A program made the position numbers and the translations under genes. DNA of 64,000 nucleotides from Piromyces finnis finn (lineage: Eukaryota; Fungi; Neocallimastigomycota): positions 248,001 to 312,000 of the forward strand of contig MCFH01000009.1 in the NCBI GenBank assembly GCA_002104945.1. Reading direction: 5' to 3'. Under the pieces are notes generated by a model that saw nothing but the letters and a program-made list of their open reading frames with translations, had not been told where the DNA came from and searched no databases. Below are positions 43,920 to 58,529 of the stretch, in pieces. The first letter of the stretch is position 1. Every line of letters starts with the position of its first letter.

Positions 43920-46900
43920 ATGAATGAATCAAAATTATCTGTATCACCAGAGATTCCTAAAAGAGAAACATCTCTTCCAAAATATACAATTGATGAATTA
44001 TTGGAACAAGGTAATTAAGTGTGAATAAAGAATAGAAATTATAAATCGTATGGATATTTAAAAAAAAAAAATTAGTATTAGAGTATAATATAAATTGACA
44101 AAGTCATCTGTATCATTTATTGACTTTATTAATCTATACAAACAATTATTTATTTTCAATGTACAATATATATAATTTTTTGAAAATTTAATTTGTTATT
44201 TATAATTTAAAATGAAATTTTTATATTTTGAATTAATCATTATTTAGATTACTTTTATAATACTTTCATATTAAATTCATATATCCTTATTTATTGATAA
44301 TTTGAAAGGTTTTGTTTTTTTTTCACCTCCAATTAATAATTATCTAAGAGCTATTAATAAATGGATGCAAGCATGTTCACAAGCATATAGTGAAAATGAT
44401 TTATTGAAAGAAGCAAAAGCTCTTTCAAATTTAGGTTGTGCCTATCGACTTTTAGGAAATTTAAAAAGCGCATTAGAACATCAATGGTCAGCATGGAGAC
44501 TCACACAAAAATTAATAGAAGATTATAAAAAGGAACCAAAATTGGGTTCTATAAAGAAAAAAAAGGCACCTAGTAATTTCTGGGTAAATATCATTCAAGA
44601 TGTAATTCATGAAGTTCATTCTTTTCCATCCTATTCGGATAACAGCCAAGGTAATAATATTTCCAGAAATTCTTCCAGCTTAAATTATGCCAAATTTAAA
44701 AAATATAAATCAATTAAATCCGGTATTTCAACACCAAATACAATTTCAACACCTTCTACAGCTGTTTGGGTTATGGATCTTCTTTCAAATATCGGAAATA
44801 CATATTATACTCTTGGGAATTTTGAAGAAGCAGTAAAATATTATAATGCTTCATTAAGTATTGTAGAGCGTATTCTTAAGAAATATCCTCTTTCTATATC
44901 CAATCCTGATAGTCAAAATGGTTCAACACAAGATTTTTTTATTCAATCTCAAACTAATTTGACTACCTCTCAATCAACACAACAATCAATAACTCAACCT
45001 CCTTCTTTTACAGATAATAATATAAATAATTTTTCCACAACCACAAATAATGCCTATCTTCAACAGCAACAGCAACAGCTTCAATTACAACAACAACAAA
45101 ATCAATTTTTAATTAAATCAAATTCTTCTGCAACATCTTCAAATGTAGTTATGACAGATCCAAAATTTTTAAATCCAACCACAGCTAATAATGGAAGCAA
45201 TAAAAATTGGAAAAAAATGTTTATAAATAAATCAACTTCAGAAAACTCAATATCATCCATTAATAACAATGATTTTTCATCGGGAGGTAATTATTGAGAA
45301 TTATAATATTTTTTTTTCTAATTCAAATAATTCATATTTTATTTCTTCTCTTTTTTATTATTACATATAATCACATATATTTATATATTTATATTATTGA
45401 ATTTTAAATTTTTAATTCTATTATCAAAATTAATTAATAATTTATAACAAATTATTTTTTACATTCACTACTAATTTTTAATCAACTTAAAAAAGGATTT
45501 ATGGAACATTCAATCTCGGACATAAAAATTAAACAAAATAATAAATATACTTATATCCATCGTTCATGTATTATTGCAAAATCAAGGGCTCTAACACATT
45601 TAGGTTTATGTTATGATGCAATATATGATATTAAAAAGGCAAAAAATTATCATCAGGATGCTCTTTCAATATCTAAAAATTTGTTAAAATATGCACCAGA
45701 TATGGAAATAAAAAATAAACGTGAAACAGTTATTAATCTTCAAATGAATTGTCATAATATTGCTTCACCAGTTAATCTTCATTATGCTTCAGTAATTGCA
45801 AATCTTGGAAATAATTATTACCTTCAATCTAATATGAATAAAGCATTGAGTCATTTCTATTTAGCTTTAAATATTTTTGATTGGGAAAATGATAAATTAG
45901 CCTCACGAAAATTAAATATAAATATTGGTTCTACCTGGATTAATTGTGGTAAATTATTCATTCAAGGTTCCTGGTGGCAAGATAATGAATTACAAAATAA
46001 TCACATGGATAATAGAAATGAACTACCAAAGAATTATGTAAAAATTACATCTACTGAAGAATCAAAAATATACATAAATAAAGGTATTTCTCTTATAAAT
46101 GAAAATGTTAATGCTCTAGATAAGAATGATTGGATTTCAAAAGTATTTTTTGCAACTAATTTCGGTAACTTAAAATATATAAAATAAAATCTTTGCTATG
46201 TATTCAAATTAATAACATTTATTAATATTTATTTGTACTTATCATTATAAATTATTTTTTAATTATTTATATACAGCTAGTATAAATACTTTGATTAATA
46301 ATTATAAAGAGGCATATAAGTATTATGGAAAGTTATATAATATAAAACCTCTATTAAATAAAACAAAAGTATTTCCAGATGTTATCATGCCACTTATACT
46401 ATATAACTTAAGTCAAACATCATTTATTGAGTTATTTCATATTAAAAAAGATAAAAAAAAAGTGCAGTCGTTGGATGAAAAACGTATTAAAGATTTATTA
46501 GATATTAATAAAGAAGGTTATGATGTATTTCCAAATTTTTTAAAACTTTGTATTGAAAATATTAGTTGTCAAATGGATAATTACTTTTCTCAAGATCAAA
46601 AAAATTCTTCCAGAAATAATGATACTAATCCTAATATAAATAACACATGTAATAACAGTAGCACTAGTGGTATTGATCCAAATAATCCAATAGAATTTAA
46701 AGATCACCAGAATAGAATACAACAACTTCAAATTAATAATATAGGATTTGATTTAAATTTAAATATGGATAAAGCATCATTGATGTTTAATAAATCATTG
46801 CTTAAAGTATTTCAACTAATTTCCACTACCCATTTAGCAAGAATTGCATGGTTAATTTATTCAGGAGCTATAAAACCATCTTCATCCAAAGAATCAAGTA

Positions 46901-49305
46901 ACGATTGGCACTCAGAATCAAACTATTGGATCCGTCAACAAATGATTCTTTTAGCCGGTTGTGATGATATTCTAGTTAATATTCATGATATCAATCATTC
47001 CTTGGTAAGACGTGGTAATGATAAGCTTAAGTTTATGAATGCAGAAAACTATAATAATTTAATTTCAACGAATAATATTTGGCAATGGAAAATTAAATAT
47101 TTTGATAACCAATTTCTAGAGAAATGTTTCACTGAACATTGTAAAAATTTATTAAGTTTACATGGAGATATGTACTTTTGCCAAAATATTGATCCATTAG
47201 GTAATGATGATTTTATTGATGTAGCAAGTATTCAGGAAAAGATATATCAAGAAGATAATAAAAAAAGAGTTTTTGAAAAAAAGTTTGGTTTAGTAGTTAA
47301 TACTTATCAAGAGATAGAAGAGATTATTAATAAAAATGTTGGTTATAAAGGTGAAAAATCACCAAATGAAGCTAAGGATGAAGATGAAGCAGAAAATTAT
47401 ATAAAAAATTCATCTCTTTATAGTCATTTTAATGGAAAAAAGGTTTTTGTTTCAGTTCCTGATAAAATTTATACCCCTTCAGTTGTAGCAAATGGTTATT
47501 TATATCTTTCTATTCTTTTACTACTCGATTCTGTTTCTAAAACTGAAGCATATAGAGATATTATGCCTTCAAATAAAATGATTCATATTCTCCTTAAATA
47601 TAGTCATTCTATATATTCCTATCTTTGTTTTAATATTTGTCCTCATTGTCTTTCACAATTTTGGAGCTATAAACCTGAAATTACTACACCATTAAGTCCA
47701 ATAAACGAAGTAAGAAGTCATGGACTTAAAAATAAAATGAGTATTGAAGACAAACTAATTAAATCATCAAAGAATAGTCCTTCTTCTGTTGTTAGTCCTT
47801 TAGCGTACTATCTCAATGATTTTGATCACGATTTTGATGATGATACAGACGCTAATTTCGTAAACTTTTATGACAACATTAAGATTAATAATAAAAATAC
47901 TAAAAATTCTAGTAATTTAAATACTGGTTTCCCAAGAGTAAATTTATTAAAAACAAAACCTCCACAAAAAACATCAAGAAATTCATCGCTTTTCGCACAT
48001 AAACCAAATAGAGATCCTTCTAAAATACTTAAATATAACAGTTTTGTTTATGATAAAAAAAGCGGTAATTCATCAAATTTAGCTGAAGATCTATTTTTAA
48101 AAAAATTAGCAAATATAGATGAAGGAAAAGTAAATTTAGATTCAGGTAAAAACATTCAAATTGATTCAAATAGCATTAAAGCTTTTAACAACAATGAAAA
48201 TAATAATTCATTAAATAATAGCAATTATGATACCAACAACAATAATAGTAAGGATAAAAATTTAAAAACCAATGATACTAATATTAATCAAAGAATATTA
48301 CAGGACGAAGATGAACCAAGCTTAACAATTAACGATGAAAGCTTTAATTTTGATAGTTACTATATCAGTAATATAAATCAAAATAGTACACAAGAAAATA
48401 TCAATCTTGATAAATATTATGATATTTACAGCGATAGTGAAAATGGTAATAAAGAAGATGGCATAGTCAAAAATGAAAAAAAGAAAAATATTTCTATATT
48501 AATTGAAAAGCAGATAGATGATCATATTTCCAGTATTACTAACGCTGACTCTTCAGAACAAGGTATTAATGAAACTTCAGTAAATATCCTAATAGATGAT
48601 AAATCAGATCTAAGTAGTCAAATCGATGATCATATAGAAAGCATATCTAGTAGCCTTGCTGATGAAAGCTTTGAAGAGATTATGAAAGAAAGATTAAATA
48701 TATATGTTGATGAATCTTTAAATAGTAACAATGATAACAATAATAATAGTAATATTAATAATGATACTTATATTATTAACAAAACTAAAGGTAAAGATAA
48801 TAATAGCGATGATTATAATAATAATGATGATGATGATGATGAATATAAAAGAAACAATATTTCTATGATTTATCATGAAAATTCAAATGATGAAATTATT
48901 CCACCAATGATGAATTTAGATATAGAAAATCAATTCCAATCACCTCCATATATTTCAACAAGTCAACTAGAAAAGTCTTTTATGATAATTTCCCAATCTT
49001 TAGATATTAATGAAGACTTTGAAAAGGAGAAATCAAAAACTGATAATATATTAAAGGATACTAAAGAAAGTAATGTAGATAATAATGAAATAAAAACAAA
49101 AAAAGATAGTAATATTGATAAAATATCTGAAAACCTAGCATCAAATGAAAAGAAAGAAAATAGGGTTATTACTAAAGAAGAATTAATCAAAGAACAATTT
49201 CATAAAAAAATGTGGGATGTATGGGAAAAATACTTATCTGGTGATCCGATAAACAAAAATCGTGAATTAATTCGATTCCCTTGTATTCATAATCAAGCAC
49301 CATAA
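43920..49305 (+). CDS. Large TPR-repeat protein (~1588 aa) with acidic/Asn-rich tail, function unknown
   Basis: Exons 43920-44010, 44309-45286, 45496-46164, 46277-49305 sum to a multiple of 3. TPR-like units EAKALSNLGCAYRLLGNLKSALEH, LLSNIGNTYYTLGNFEEAVKYY, RALTHLGLCYDAI, VIANLGNNYYLQSNMNKALSHF. Confidence 0.8.
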
Positions 49306-50799
49306 TTATTAAATATACAAAACAAACAAGGATACTTTTAATTCATAGTAATAATTCATATTATATAAATATGGATAAAAAATATAGAAATTGATATAAA
49401 AAATAATTTTTTTAAAGATAAATAACTTTATAATAATAAAATAAATTTTTATAATACTTTTACAAATTATTTATTAACCATTATAAAAACTAACAATAAA
49501 TTTTGTAGAAAAAAAAAATAATTGGTAATTTTATAATAAAAAACAACTGTTATAAAAAAAATATAATAATTATCCTAGCTTTTTTATTTAGTTAGTTTAA
49601 TGTAGTCTTATCATTTTTTATTTATTTATTTTTATTATTTGATAGTTTTTTGTAAACTCTATAAGATTTTTAATTAATTTATATGGAATATGTTAAATTT
49701 AATTTATATTTTTTAATTTCTTTCTATGTAATCTTTCAAAAAATTAAAGTTTAATCAAAAAAGAAATTTTTAATTTATTAATATTTTTAATTTAGGTATC
49801 TTTTAATAAAAATGTTACATTTTATTTTATAATAAAATAAGACTATCATTATCTGTTCTATATTATATTCCATAAAATTTTCTTTATTTGGTATAATTAA
49901 TAAAAATAATTAATACATTTTATATATACTTTTTACAGTATTAACTTGAAGAAAATAATTAAAATAATTAATAAGATTGTTTTTAATTAATAATTATTAA
50001 TTATTAATTTCTATATTATAGTAAGACATAAATATATTAAGCAACTTTTTTTTTTTAATCAATTTTTTATAAATATAAATAATTATAATAATATATATAT
50101 AATACTTATATTGTTATTAATTATTTCAAGAAGATTTAAATAATATACTTTTTTTTTTCTTCGAAATATAACTATTTCTATATAAAATTAAAAATAACTT
50201 ATTTTAAAATTTTGTTCAATAAATTTATTAATTAAAATTTTTAATTAACTTTATTCTTTTTTGGTAAATTATCTTTACTTGAAACAACATAAACTATAAT
50301 ATACTTCATATATATATATATGTAATTTGAGATATAGTTAATAATAGAAAATATTAACAATATAAATTAAAAACTTAATGAAATATGTAATATTATATAT
50401 TATATTTAATTAATAACTATTCATATTCTTTTTTATTTTATACAACTTGGAATTCTGAACTTTTATTATCTTTTAAAAAGAAAGTAAATATACTTATTAA
50501 ATTGTAGTTTATAAAACGTAAAATAAAAATTAGAAAAAAAAAAAAAAAAGGAATATGAACTTTTATCACTATTAAGTTTTTTCTTTAACCCCCACTTCTA
50601 TAAGCATACTTAAAAGGTAAAACAAATGAAAATTAAATTCTTTTTTTTTTATTATTATTCATTTTGAATAAAATAATAATAATAATACTATATAATAAAA
50701 ATTAAAAAATATAAAGAAGCAAGTATATTTTATAGCTAAAGAGAAAAAAAAATAAATTACTTTTGAAAAAATTGGAGAAGCTAATATTTTTATATTTTT

Positions 50800-50833
<34 letters not shown>

Positions 50834-50856
50834 GAATAATAAAATAATAATATAAA

Positions 50857-53800
50857 ATGTTGGGAAATTGTCCTACAGGTTCAAGAATTGCTTTTTTCAT
50901 TCCAAAATATGAGTATCGAAAAAATGAAAATTCACAAAATAAATCAAAAATTCAAAATAATGAATGGATTAAGACATGTAAATATTTTATTGAATGCAAT
51001 GACAAATTAAGACAAGAAGATAATTCACCGCCACTATTAGTAAATAAGGAATATATGAATAATTTTTTGAATAATTCAATTGAGGGGTATATATTAAATA
51101 TATAAAAACAAGATATTAATAAAAATGCATTAATTGTATCATACAAAAATTAACAAAAATTTTTTGATACTTTTATAAAGAAATAATACAAACATTGTAC
51201 TATATGGTGAAAGAAAAGAAGACTTTACTACAGGTAATTAATTATTTATAAAGTAATAATGTAATAACTAAATTATATATTAAATTAATTCGATTTATTC
51301 AATTATTTTAGATATAAATGAATGTTTCCATATACAGACTGTTACCAGTATTATTACAAAAATTTATAAAAGCATTAATGATTTAGCTTCAAAACTTGAA
51401 AATGAAAATAAAAAAAATATATCATTATCAATTAAATATTACACCCTTATATCAGAAAATGAAGTGATGGATTTATTAAATGACAATTTAGACGAAAACT
51501 ATCGAATTATAAATATAAGAAAAAAAGAAAAAGATATAAATGAATCATTTACTAGTACTAGTGAAATTTATGAAAGAAAATGGAATGATAAAATTACTAA
51601 TTTGGATGTTATGAATCTTTCTGATATACTAAAGTAGGAAAATATATTATTAAATATTTTTAAGATAATTTAATAATAATTTTACTTTTATATTATAAAT
51701 ATTAATAACTATTATTTATACTTTTATATTTTAATTATAGTGCGTTTTATAAAGGTTATCAGCATTTTCAAACTTCAAAATTAATCAAGAGTATTAAAGA
51801 TAAATCAATTAATATTCCAAAATTGATTTTTTCTTTGATTGTTAAAACAGCATATAAACCAATTGAAAAAACTCTAGTAAGAAAATATGAGCCATTAACT
51901 GTTTTAAATATTATTGATTTTACTACTATACAAACTAACATGGTAATTAAAAAAGAAAAGAAAATAATAATTTAATAATTTAAAATATAATGAGTAATAA
52001 CATATGAGCTAAACATTTATATAATAATATAAAATATATATATGTTTAATTATATTAAGAAACATAAAGATGGATGTAGTACAGATGTAAAAACTATTTT
52101 AAACATAATTACGGGATTAAAAAATAATTTATTTTATACACCTTATTTAAACCCACCATATTGGTCTCAAATTCAGTATAGTCCTAGAAATTGGTATGAG
52201 CTATTAAATCCATTTAATTAAACTAATAATAATATATGAATTGTAGGTTAATATTATATAATATTTATATATTCATTTTTATATACTAATGATAGTCAAA
52301 ATTTGATAGTATTATTTTCTCATGAATCAGCTGAATCATTAGACACAGAATTAAATGATTTATTTCTTTCATTAAATATCCTTTCAGATCCGAAAAATAA
52401 TAATAAAAGTCAAGATTTAAAAATACCTGATAATTCAAATAAAAATAAAAGTAACGATGATAATGCAAAAACTAGTAATAATGATGATAGCAGCAATAAT
52501 AATAGCAATATTGAAACATTAAATAATTCTAATAACATTACAAATTCTATAAATAATAATAAAAAATCCTATATAAAAAATAAAACACCAGAACAAATTG
52601 ATGCTTTAATTAATATTTATCAAAAACAAATTAAGGAATATTTAGATAAAGATATTTCTAAAACAAACTATATTGAAAAAATTGAAAATGAATTAGAAAA
52701 CTGTAAGAAAATGTTAAATAGTTATTCTATAAGTGACTCTTTTCTCCGCAAAAAATTTATTGAAATGAACAATAATATGAAAATGTACAAAGAAAAAATC
52801 GATGAATTAAACCAAATAGTTAATGAAAAGGAGTATCAATTATTAGAAAAACAGGAAAGTCAACAAAAAAATAATGAAAAAGAGGAAGAAAAATACACAA
52901 AAATGAAAAAAGATGATATAACAGGAGATATTTTATTAGAAGAAAATTCACGATTAGATGAAATAATTAAATCAAAAAATGAAGATTTAGATTTATTAAA
53001 AAAAGAAATACAATTTTATAAAAATAATGAAATTCGTTATATTGAATTATTAGAAAATATTGAATTAATAAAAAGTTTTAAGTCAAATGAATATGAATGT
53101 AATAAAGATATCATCGAATATTACATAACAAATTTAAAAATTAAAATTGATGATATTACTCAAAACTTAAAATCAATTAACATCACAGATTCAAAAGCAG
53201 AAGATAACAATATAGAATCAATTTCTAATAACAAAAATAGTGACATTATTGAGCAATCTCAAATTATAAATGACAATCCGATTTCGTATGAAATAAATAG
53301 ACTTAATGAAATATTAAAAGAAAAAGAAAAAGAAAATTGCTTATTAAAGGACAAGGTAAAAAAATTAGAAAATGCTTCAATGTCAACTGAAAAGGAAAGA
53401 GATGAAATTATAACAGAAAATACTCAAAAACTTACGAGTAATTCGATTGAGGATGATATATATACAATTCAAATCAATCGTATAAGAGAATTAGAGAAAA
53501 CTTTACATGATGTAACATGTGAACGAGATAATAATATGAGTAGAATATCGGATTTAGAGTTTTCTTTAATGAAAGCCCAAACTTTACTTCTTTCAAATAA
53601 TTTAAATAAGAAAGAAGAAGAAAAGCTAAACAATAATAATAAGAATTTAGATTCTAATAAAAATCTATCAATTACAAATGCTAATGAAAATAATGATATT
53701 AATAATATTGCAAATCAAAATACATCTTTTTATTTATCTGAATTTTCATCTTTCATACCACCATCACCACCTTCAATCTCAGCTTACTCACCATCGACAT

Positions 53801-55878
53801 CAGCATCAAGTATTACTTCAGAAGAATCTGAACCGCTCTATCTCACCGAAAATGTATTCCAAAATCTTAAAAAATATAAATCTAAAAAAGGTTCTAAATC
53901 TAATAAAGTACATGAAAACAGCAATGATGAAAATTACAATAATTATACATACGACAATAACTTTAAAACGGATAAATTTTCTAGTAGCATGTATGATGAA
54001 AATGAGGCATATTATAATACTAACATAGATAAGCCAAAATATAATAAGCATAATAATAGAAATACTTTATACATTTGTGATGGCCTAGATAATTTGTTTA
54101 ATAATATTGAAAATAAAAAAATGAAACAACAAATTACAGAAAAGCCATCCTCATTGTGTCTAGATGTTCCTAGAAAACGCAATTTTGATAAAGAACATAG
54201 AAGAGCCAATAGTATTGATTGCTTTAATATAAAATCAAATAAATATAGCAATAAACAAAACTTAAATTTATTACACAAGAATAAAAGTTGTAGTTTTACC
54301 AACTATGAAAATATTAAAGAATTTAAAAAAGAAGATAATGCTACAATTAAAAAAAATGAAACTAATACTTATGATGATGATGAAAAATTAATAAATGAAT
54401 ATAGTAGCAATAACGATACCCATCTATCAAATAATGACAAAAGAGATACATATATTAAAGTACCACAAATGGTAGTTGAATATGACAGAAGCAGAATTAC
54501 AATTAGAAATGAAGAAATTGAGAAATTAGTTCCATTAAAATATATATTACAAGAAAAAAAAGCACATCATCATTCTATAAAAAATTCCTATCAAGCGTGT
54601 TCTTCACCTTCATCATATACATTTGAAAACCTCTCTGTTGTTTCTTCATCATCAAAATCACGTAATCCAACTAAAACTACAACTAATACTGGTGATAAAA
54701 CAAAAAGTCTAAATATTTCTTCTAATAGTAAAATTAGAAGATTAAAGCCAGATGATCCAAAAGTATATGAAAACCAATCTTTTAATACTTCAATTAGGAG
54801 TGAGCCTTATCAAAGTTTAGTATGTGATAAAAATTATAATGATGAAAATGAAAGGAATGGTTCTAATACTACTAAAGAAGAAAAACTAATTAATGATATT
54901 GAACATGGTGTATCTCACAGAAATGTTAGTATGGATGATTTGAAATTTAATGATACTAATAAAATAAATAATGTTAAAAGCAATAATTCTATTAATTGTA
55001 ATTACAACACATATGAAAATTATATAAATTACAATTACTATAGTAATTATAGCATTGATTATTATAATGATGATAATTATAGTAGAGATTATTCTGATGA
55101 AATTGAAGAAGTTAATAATAAATCGGAATCATCAGTTTCTGTAAATGAATATAATAATAATTCAAATACTAGTATCAATTATAATATAAATAGTAATACA
55201 GTGGCAACAACAGTCAAAGAATGTCAAAATTATAAAAATAGTAATAATAGCATAATACTTAACAAAGAAGTTCTTAATGAATTAGAAATGTGTAATTCTC
55301 AAGAAATGATTACAACCTCAACTAGTTCTTTTTCAAGTGATGATGATGATAATGGAATTACATCTGATGAAACAATTTCGACAACTTATTCTAATGTAAG
55401 TGATAATGAGCCATATTTGGAAGAGGATCGGGATGAATTTTATGAAAGTAATAACGAGGAAAAAGATGAAAAAAGGGAATATCCATCCTATATTATTAAA
55501 CAAGCTAATTCAAGTAAATTTTTATATAATGAACAACATGAAATATATAATATGAATCAATATGACCTTACATATTCTTCAGACAGTAGAAAAAGTATAG
55601 CTAATTCAAAGAAAAGCCATGAGAAAAAATCAAATTATATTAATTCAACACATAATACCATTAAAAGTCCTAGACAAGATAATAATTATTATATTTCTAA
55701 TTATAATTACAAGTCTAATAATAATTTAACTAATGAAAATAGTATCAAGAACAATACTCATGAAAATTATATAAATAATCCAAAATATAATTATAGCAAT
55801 ACGAGTGTTAATCAAAGCTATGTAATAAATAATATAAATAAATATGATTCTAATATTTTAAAAAATTATAACAATAAC

Positions 55879-55975
<97 letters not shown>

Positions 55976-56211
55976 TAAACAATAATAATAGTATTTATAA
56001 TTATAATATGAACTATTCTCAACAACATAATAATTATAATCATCACTTAAATTCGTTAACATATATTAATAATAATACATCTAATTATAGTACTTTGAAT
56101 AACCCTAATAATAAAAGTATAAATTATTCATCAACAAATATTAAAAATAATAATATTCATGAAAAGAAACAGAAAGATGTTATTAAAAAGAGAAAGATTC
56201 CACTAGAAAAA

Positions 56212-56248
<37 letters not shown>

Positions 56249-56826
56249 CCAATGAAAATCTAATAAATCTTAATCAATTAACATATGGTAAATTACAAAA
56301 TAATTCACAAAAATTAAGTAAAGATTATAATAACAATACTGATAGTCAAATAAATAACGGTATATATCATTCAACAATGCATGATACTAATGAACAACCA
56401 GTGATTAATAACTTTAATCCCTATAATAATAATAAAGAAAACTTCAATAATTCAAACTTTAATCATTCAATTAAAGAAACTTCTAAATCTAAGAATAAGC
56501 AAAAAGAAAAAGAAGACACAAAAAATATATATAAATTATCTCATAGAATTTCTAGGATTTTCTCTAGTAAAAAAAATAATTCTACCAAAAGACTTTCTCA
56601 TATTTCAATAGATACATTACAAAGTGAAAGAAATAATAGTCATTCAAATTTCTTTACTCCTAGCTTCTTCCACAACGAAAACAAAAGGAATTCTTTAACA
56701 ATATTGGATACTTCTAGAATTAATGATTTTAATTCAAATACATTTAATTCAGTTGAAAAAGAAAAATACCCTATACCCACTAAAAAGTCACATAAACATA
56801 TAAAGAATAGTATATCTAAAAAGTAA
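50857..56826 (+). CDS. Kinesin-like protein with degenerate N-terminal motor domain, coiled coil and long Asn/Ser-rich tail (~1823 aa)
   Basis: Six exons (50857-51086, 51181-51233, 51312-51633, 51741-51942, 52060-52193, 52296-56826) with consistent phases. SIEGNNTNIVLYG aligns to kinesin VLEGYNGTIFAYG, followed in order by ENEVMDLLN, VLNIIDF, TILNIITGL..YTPY and PRNCQNLIVLFS. Confidence 0.62.
55870..55974 (+). repeat. Coding (AAY)35 poly-asparagine tract
   Basis: In frame within ORF 52303..56826. Confidence 0.9.
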
Positions 56827-57203
56827 ATATTTAGTTCATGATATTTTAAAAATCGCATTATTACTCCATTTTTGAATTTATTATTTTTATAAATTTTTAC
56901 TTTATTATATTAAATAAAAATTTATTTCACTACAATTAATATCAATATATAAAAAACAATAAAATAAAATAATTAAATCTATTTTATTGAAATTATATTC
57001 TATAAAAAAATTACTATTTTATTTTTTCTTTATCAAATAAATAATTTTTATACTTTATATATTAATTCTATTATTACTAAATGTTAAAAATTAATAAAAT
57101 AATCTTTAAAAAATCAAAAATATATAATTATAAAATAAAGTTATACATCATTTTGCTTTAACTTTTTATTTTTGATAAGTACCAATAGTTTAACTTGATT
57201 TTT

Positions 57204-58529
57204 TTATTGTTGGACCTTGTCATGGACTGTGTTATATAAATTATTTGTTAATCTAATAATCTTACTCCATTTTTTATCATTACATTTAATTCTTTTTTCA
57301 GCTTCATTGATATTATTAACCAAATGATCATATTCACGATTTCTCTTCTTTAATTGGTTTTCAATATCATTAATTTGTCCATTCATTTTTTCAAATTGTA
57401 ATTTATTAACATCTAATTTAATATCCTTTTCTTTTAATAGTTTTTGACAATCATTTAATTTTTTTTCATAATTCATACATTCATTGTTTAACTCGTTTAT
57501 TTTATCTTTGTATCTCATATGATCTTTTTTAAATCTATTACATATATCATCCTTATTTTTTTTAAGATCATGCATCATTTTTTGAATATTTCTGTTTTCT
57601 TCCATTAATTCATTCTTACTATTTTCTTCTTTCTTTCGTTTATCTGAAATTTCTTTATTTTTTTGTTTTAGTTCTTTAATTTTATTCATTAAATTATCAA
57701 TTATATTATCACGATCTGCAAGTATTTTTTTACATTCTTCTAAACTAAATCTTATTTTTAATAACTCATTATCATGTTTTTTCATTAAATCACTTATTTC
57801 TTTTTTACTACCTTCCAATAAGTTCTTGTATTCATTAATTTGTTTATTATTTTGTTTAATAATTTCATTATTTTTATCTTCTCTTTCCTCTAATTCATCC
57901 ATATAGTTTGTCAACATTTTAATTTGACCTTTTAATTGTTCAATATTATTTTTCCATTGTCCAATTTCATTCTTTAAATCAGAGATGTTATTACTTTTTA
58001 TATTTAATTCCTTTTCTAATGATGCAATTTTCTTGTCTTTAGCATTATTTAAATTATTTAATTTAATTAAATTATTGTTCATTTCAATAATATTTTGTTG
58101 CATGTCTTTTAAATGTTGTTTTGTTGGTATATCTGATATTACATCTTCCAATAAATTAAATAAAGAACTACGAACAATAATATAATCTTTTGCTTCACCT
58201 CTCAATTTATTTAAAACTGTTTCGAGATCCTCTTTTGTTACTTCATTAGCTTGCATACATGATAATGAATCTAATGATTTATTGACAATTTTATTATCAA
58301 TAACTGACTTTTTAAGTGAAATATTAGCATTACTGTCATTATGTTCATTAAGAAGTTTTGGGCAATAGCACAACTCATTATTTGCTTCTTTTTTTGCTAC
58401 TATGAAAGTTTTAACAGATTTTGGTTTATTTGAAGGTGAAAGTATAGCTTTATTATTTTTTAAATTTGTTTTTTCATTTTTGAAAGTATTTTCAGATAAC
58501 CTTTTTAATATCGAAGGATTTGTTGGCAT
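57204..58529 (-). CDS. Single-exon coiled-coil protein, 441 aa, unknown function
   Basis: Long ATG-initiated ORF in very AT-rich DNA, with heptad-like K/E/N/L-rich sequence over about the last 300 aa. Confidence 0.7.
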   Translation of the reverse strand: MPTNPSILKRLSENTFKNEKTNLKNNKAILSPSNKPKSVKTFIVAKKEANNELCYCPKLLNEHNDSNANISLKKSVIDNKIVNKSLDSLSCMQANEVTKEDLETVLNKLRGEAKDYIIVRSSLFNLLEDVISDIPTKQHLKDMQQNIIEMNNNLIKLNNLNNAKDKKIASLEKELNIKSNNISDLKNEIGQWKNNIEQLKGQIKMLTNYMDELEEREDKNNEIIKQNNKQINEYKNLLEGSKKEISDLMKKHDNELLKIRFSLEECKKILADRDNIIDNLMNKIKELKQKNKEISDKRKKEENSKNELMEENRNIQKMMHDLKKNKDDICNRFKKDHMRYKDKINELNNECMNYEKKLNDCQKLLKEKDIKLDVNKLQFEKMNGQINDIENQLKKRNREYDHLVNNINEAEKRIKCNDKKWSKIIRLTNNLYNTVHDKVQQ

